64,000 bases of DNA from sequence record PV419677.1; one strand, 5' to 3'. Under the pieces are notes generated by a model. The model was not told the origin of the DNA and made no database searches. It saw only the letters and a program-made list of their open reading frames with translations. Origin of the DNA: a phage. A program made the position numbers and the translations under genes. This document shows, piece after piece, positions 59,932-64,000 of this stretch (position 1 is the stretch's first letter; every line of letters starts with the position of its first letter).

Positions 59932-60423
59932 ATGGAACTTACTGATATATCCAGAGCCTTCGAATCCGGCGACTTTGCTCGTCCTAACCTGTTCGAAGTC
60001 GAAATCCCATTCCTGGGTAAAAACTTTGCTTTCCATTGTAAAGCAGCCCCGATGCCAGCAGGCATTGTAGAAAAAGTTCCTGTCGGTTACATGAACCGTA
60101 AAATCAACGTTGCGGGCGACCGTACATTTGATGACTGGACTATTACGATTTATAACGACGATGCTCATAAAGTTCGTCAAGCAATTGTTGATTGGCAAAA
60201 CCTGTGTCACGGTATGACTAACGAAATCACCGGTGCAGCTCCTGCTGATTATAAGAAAACCGCTACTGTCCGCCAGTTCCATCGTGATGGCAAGACCGTT
60301 ACGAAAGAAGTTGTTATTACCGGCATGTGGCCAACCAACGTTGGGGAAGTCCAGATGGATTGGGATTCGAACAACGAAATTGAAACGTTCGAAGCAACGT
60401 TCGCAATTGACTGGTGGGAATAA
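59932..60423 (+). CDS. 19: tail tube protein gp19
   Basis: from MELTD: ISRAFESGDFARPNLFEVEI..GIVEKVPVGYMNRKINVAGDRTFDDWT matches T4 gp19 as recalled. Confidence 0.9.
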   Translation: MELTDISRAFESGDFARPNLFEVEIPFLGKNFAFHCKAAPMPAGIVEKVPVGYMNRKINVAGDRTFDDWTITIYNDDAHKVRQAIVDWQNLCHGMTNEITGAAPADYKKTATVRQFHRDGKTVTKEVVITGMWPTNVGEVQMDWDSNNEIETFEATFAIDWWE

Positions 60424-60424
60424 G

Positions 60425-60432
60425 TATAAATA
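60425..60432 (+). promoter_or_regulatory. late promoter octamer TATAAATA for gene 20
   Basis: exact octamer 48 bp 5' of the gene 20 ATG, followed by GAGGC-TTCG-GCCTC hairpin. Confidence 0.5.
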
Positions 60433-60480
60433 AAGTTATTATGAGGCTTCGGCCTCATTTCCCAAACTTCGGAGACTCTA

Positions 60481-62055
60481 ATGGCAGGTTTTAACACAAT
60501 ACTAAATTTTCTTAAGCCTTGGGCTAAAGAAGATGAACAAGAATATAAGCAACAAGAAAAAAATAATTTAGAGTCAATGACCGGGCCGAAGTTTGACGAT
60601 GGGGCTCGCGAAATTGAGTCACAAGAACAAAACGTCCCGTATAATGCATTGATGCAACAGATGTTCGGGAGTAATGAACCTGAAGTAAAAAATACCAGGG
60701 AATTAATTGACACCTACCGCAACTTACTAAATAATTATGAAGTTGATAACGCGGTGCAAGAAATTGTGTCTGATGCTATCGTTTTTGAAGACGGTAAAGA
60801 TGTTGTAGCTCTTAACCTTGATGCTACCGAATTTAGTCAGAAAATTAAAGACCGAATCCTTGAAGAATTTTTGGAAGTTAATAACCTCCTTAATTTCGAG
60901 CGTAAAGGTTCTGACCATTTTAAACGTTGGTATGTGGATTCTCGAATTTTCTTCCACAAAATTATCAACCCAGCAAAACTTAAAGATGGAGTTCAAGAAC
61001 TTCGTCGCCTTGACCCAAGACAAATCCAGTTCATTCGTGAAATCGTTACACGCATGGAAAATGGTACAAAAATTGTCGACGGTTACAGAGAATATTTTGT
61101 ATACGATACTGGCCATGAAAGTTATTGTGCCGATGGTCGTATATATGAAGCAGGTACTAAAATAAAAATTCCTCGTGCGGCAATTGTATATGCACATTCT
61201 GGATTACTTGATTGCTGTGGTAAGAATATCATCGGATACTTGCAACGAGCAATTAAACCTGCAAACCAATTAAAACTATTAGAAGATGCTTTAGTCATTT
61301 ATCGTATAACTCGTGCCCCAGACCGCCGAGTCTTTTATATCGATACCGGGAATATGCCGTCTCGTAAAGCAGCAGCACATATGCAACATATTATGAACAC
61401 GATGAAAAACCGTGTCGTATATGATGCAACCACGGGTAAAATCAAAAACCAACAGCACAACATGTCTATGACAGAAGACTATTGGTTGCAACGTCGTGAT
61501 GGTAAAGCTGTCACCGAAGTTGATACTCTTCCGGGAGCGCAAGGCATGTCGGATATGGACGATGTTCGCTGGTTTAAGAACAACCTATATCAGGCTCTCC
61601 GAATTCCATTATCTCGTATCCCTAATGACCAAAACAGCGGCGTTATGTTTGATGCGGGCGCGACAATTACTCGCGATGAATTGAATTTCTCTAAATGGAT
61701 TAGGCAGCTACAGAATAAATTTGAAGAAGTTTTCCTCGACCCGCTTAAAACCAACCTTATCCTGAAAAAAATTATTTCAGAAGAGGAATGGGAAAAGGAA
61801 CTAAATAATATTAAAGTTACGTTCAACCGTGATAGCTATTTCACCGAAATGAAAGACGCAGAAATCATGGAACGCAGAATCAATATGCTAACGATGGCTG
61901 AACCGTTTATCGGTAAATATATTTCGCATCAAACGGCTATGAAGGACTTCCTCCAGATGTCTGATGAAGAAATTAATCAAGAAGCTAAGCAAATTGAATT
62001 GGAGTCCAAAGAGGCTCGTTTCCAAAACCCTGAAGAAGAAGAAGAGGATTTCTAA
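60481..62055 (+). CDS. 20: portal protein gp20
   Basis: 524 aa, same as T4 gp20; synteny. Confidence 0.9.
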   Translation: MAGFNTILNFLKPWAKEDEQEYKQQEKNNLESMTGPKFDDGAREIESQEQNVPYNALMQQMFGSNEPEVKNTRELIDTYRNLLNNYEVDNAVQEIVSDAIVFEDGKDVVALNLDATEFSQKIKDRILEEFLEVNNLLNFERKGSDHFKRWYVDSRIFFHKIINPAKLKDGVQELRRLDPRQIQFIREIVTRMENGTKIVDGYREYFVYDTGHESYCADGRIYEAGTKIKIPRAAIVYAHSGLLDCCGKNIIGYLQRAIKPANQLKLLEDALVIYRITRAPDRRVFYIDTGNMPSRKAAAHMQHIMNTMKNRVVYDATTGKIKNQQHNMSMTEDYWLQRRDGKAVTEVDTLPGAQGMSDMDDVRWFKNNLYQALRIPLSRIPNDQNSGVMFDAGATITRDELNFSKWIRQLQNKFEEVFLDPLKTNLILKKIISEEEWEKELNNIKVTFNRDSYFTEMKDAEIMERRINMLTMAEPFIGKYISHQTAMKDFLQMSDEEINQEAKQIELESKEARFQNPEEEEEDF

Positions 62056-62303
62056 TGGATGATTTATTTGAAGCCATTAAATCAAACGACCTCGTAGCCG
62101 TTCGCAAATATTTTGCTGAAAACATTGGCCCAGTATGCGGTAGTTTGATTGAAGAACGTAAGATTGAAATTGCACGTTCCATCATGATTGAAGGCGAAGA
62201 GCCTAAAGAAGATGATGAAGACGGTAAAGCAGAAAAGAAAGACAAAAAAGAATCTGATGACGCTGACGAAGGCGACGATGATGAAGATGAGGACGATGAA
62301 TAA
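62055..62303 (+). CDS. 67: prohead core protein gp67
   Basis: 82 aa with poly-acidic C-terminus. Confidence 0.8.
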   Translation: MDDLFEAIKSNDLVAVRKYFAENIGPVCGSLIEERKIEIARSIMIEGEEPKEDDEDGKAEKKDKKESDDADEGDDDEDEDDE

Positions 62304-62731
62304 TGTTTATTATCCCTGATGATTACGAATTAACTCTTGAAAACATTGAAAGTGTTTCCGAAGAAGCTCAGGGACAATTTGATTCATTATCTGAAGCCTT
62401 AGAAAAAGACGATATAAATATTATTGTAGAAAACATGTTTGCAGCCGGTGAATATGAAAAAGCAACGGTTATCGGCGCGCTGAATGAAGGTGTTCAGCTT
62501 AACGAATTTATCGTTAAACATGTATCGTCTCGCGGTGAGTTAACCCGCACAAAAGACCTAGCTACTCGTAAGCGTAATGCTTTCCAAACAACTGGTCTTT
62601 CTAAAGCTAAACGTCGTCAAATTGCCCGTCTGGCTACTAAAACAAAAAGAGCAAACCCATCTACGCAAATCAGAGCAGAGCGCAAGCGCAAAAAAGCTCG
62701 AGCTAAGCGTAAAGCATTCGGACTTGATTAA
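62303..62731 (+). CDS. 68: prohead core protein gp68
   Basis: 142 aa, basic C-terminus; synteny. Confidence 0.8.
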   Translation: MFIIPDDYELTLENIESVSEEAQGQFDSLSEALEKDDINIIVENMFAAGEYEKATVIGALNEGVQLNEFIVKHVSSRGELTRTKDLATRKRNAFQTTGLSKAKRRQIARLATKTKRANPSTQIRAERKRKKARAKRKAFGLD

Positions 62732-63369
62732 TGGAACAGAAACCAGAGTTACTAATTGAACACTGGGGTCAACCGGGCGAAATTAAAGATGGTGTACCGA
62801 TGTTGGAATCTCATGACGGTTCCAGCAGCGGTTTAAAGCCAGGACTTTATATTGAAGGTATTTTCCTACAAGCTGAAGTTGTTAACCGTAATAAACGACT
62901 TTATCCTAAACATATTTTGGAAAAAGCCGTTGCTGATTATATGACAGAACAGGTTGCTACTAAACAAGCTTTAGGAGAATTAAATCATCCGCCCCGTGCT
63001 AACGTCGACCCTATGCAAGCCGCTATTATTATTGAAGATATGTGGTGGAAAGGTAATGATGTATATGGCCGCGCACGTATTATCGAAGGCGACCATGGCC
63101 CAGGTGATAAACTTGCTGCAAATATAAGAGCAGGTTGGATTCCAGGTGTATCTAGTCGTGGACTTGGTTCCTTGACTAAATCAGCAAAAGGTTATAGCAT
63201 CGTTAATGAAGGTTTTAAATTGACGGTTGGAGTAGATGCAGTATGGGGGCCAAGTGCTCCGGACGCTTGGGTCAAACCAAAGCAGATTACAGAATCACAA
63301 ACGGCAGTTGCCGATACCAGTGCCGATGACGCCTTTATGGCTCTCGCAGAGGCTTTAAAGACGTTATAA
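62731..63369 (+). CDS. 21: prohead core protease gp21
   Basis: 212 aa, same as T4 gp21; synteny. Confidence 0.85.
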   Translation: MEQKPELLIEHWGQPGEIKDGVPMLESHDGSSSGLKPGLYIEGIFLQAEVVNRNKRLYPKHILEKAVADYMTEQVATKQALGELNHPPRANVDPMQAAIIIEDMWWKGNDVYGRARIIEGDHGPGDKLAANIRAGWIPGVSSRGLGSLTKSAKGYSIVNEGFKLTVGVDAVWGPSAPDAWVKPKQITESQTAVADTSADDAFMALAEALKTL

Positions 63370-63372
63370 ATA
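63365..63372 (+). promoter_or_regulatory. late promoter octamer TATAAATA for gene 22
   Basis: exact octamer overlapping the gene 21 stop. Confidence 0.55.
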
Positions 63373-63401
63373 AATGTATATCTTAACAACAGGACTACAA
63401 A

Positions 63402-64000
63402 ATGCTTAAAGAACAACTCATTTCTGAAGCTCAGAATATCGATGCTTCCGTTGCTCTCGATAGTATTTTCGAATCAGTTAATTTGTCCCCGGAAGCGAAA
63501 GCTACCTTCGGCACTGTATTCGAAGCTACCGTCAAGCAACACGCCATCAAACTGGCAGAATCTCACATTCACGCCATCGCTGAAAAAGCTGAAGAAGAAG
63601 TCGAAAAGAATAAAGAAGAAGCCGACGAAAAAGCAGAGAAAAAACTGAAAGAATCTGCAGCTAAATTCCTGGACCACGTTGCTAAAGAATGGCTCGCTGA
63701 AAATAAACTGGCTGTCGACCGTGGCATTAAAGCTGACCTGTTCGAATCCATGTTCACCGGCATGAAAGAACTGTTCGTTGAGCACAACGTTGTTGTTCCA
63801 GAAGAATCTGTCGATGTTGTTGCAGAAATGCAGGAAGAACTGGCTGAACAGAAAGAAGAAACCGCTAATCTGTTCGAAGAAGTTGCTAAGCGTGATGCTT
63901 ATATCAATTATGTCCAACGTGAAGTTGCGTTGACTGAAGCGACTAAAGACCTGACTGAATCTCAAAAAGAAAAAGTTGGTTCTCTGGTAGAAGGCATGGA
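63402..64000 (+). CDS. 22: prohead core scaffold protein gp22 (C-terminus beyond window)
   Basis: MLKEQLISEAQNIDASVALDSIFESVNLSPEAKATFGTVFEATVKQHAIKLAES matches T4 gp22 as recalled. Confidence 0.85.
   Translation, partial: MLKEQLISEAQNIDASVALDSIFESVNLSPEAKATFGTVFEATVKQHAIKLAESHIHAIAEKAEEEVEKNKEEADEKAEKKLKESAAKFLDHVAKEWLAENKLAVDRGIKADLFESMFTGMKELFVEHNVVVPEESVDVVAEMQEELAEQKEETANLFEEVAKRDAYINYVQREVALTEATKDLTESQKEKVGSLVEGM

Noticed and set aside
60441-60458. Terminator after gene 19
   Set aside because: The GAGGC-TTCG-GCCTC hairpin is not followed by a T-run and sits 3' of the gene 20 late promoter, so it is more likely a 5' leader structure.
63442-63648. 68 aa plus-strand ORF
   Set aside because: Alternative frame within gene 22, whose own frame matches T4 gp22 residue by residue.

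Overview
This window is a segment of a T4-like (T-even) myovirus genome. Positions 1-35500 are a minus-strand early/middle block collinear with phage T4 from gene 1 down to nrdG (1, 57A, 57B, internal proteins, tRNAs, nudE, e, denV, regB, tk, rI, nrdC, 49, nrdD, nrdG), packed with small ORFs of unknown function. Positions 35500-64000 are the plus-strand late block 53-5-5.4-6-7-8-9-10-11-12-wac-13-14-15-16-17-18-19-20-67-68-21-22 (22 truncated at the window end), with exact TATAAATA late-promoter octamers upstream of several genes. Four homing-endonuclease-like ORFs interrupt the conserved late-gene order. The best candidates for undescribed biology are in the accessory DNA: a tandem array of five small acidic paralogs sharing a Trp/Ser-rich, Cys-terminated tail (23097-24350), interleaved membrane-protein paralogs, five genes carrying an internal-protein capsid-targeting N-terminus, a macrodomain protein, a nucleotidyltransferase-fold protein translationally coupled to a membrane protein, a secreted lytic-transglycosylase-like protein, a TraR/DksA-like zinc finger, repeated palindromic early-promoter cassettes, and structured non-coding DNA beside the tRNA genes and at 18102-18244. 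All calls rest on reading the sequence and the ORF track plus recalled family knowledge; no database search or folding was run, and positions of non-ORF features are approximate to a few bases.
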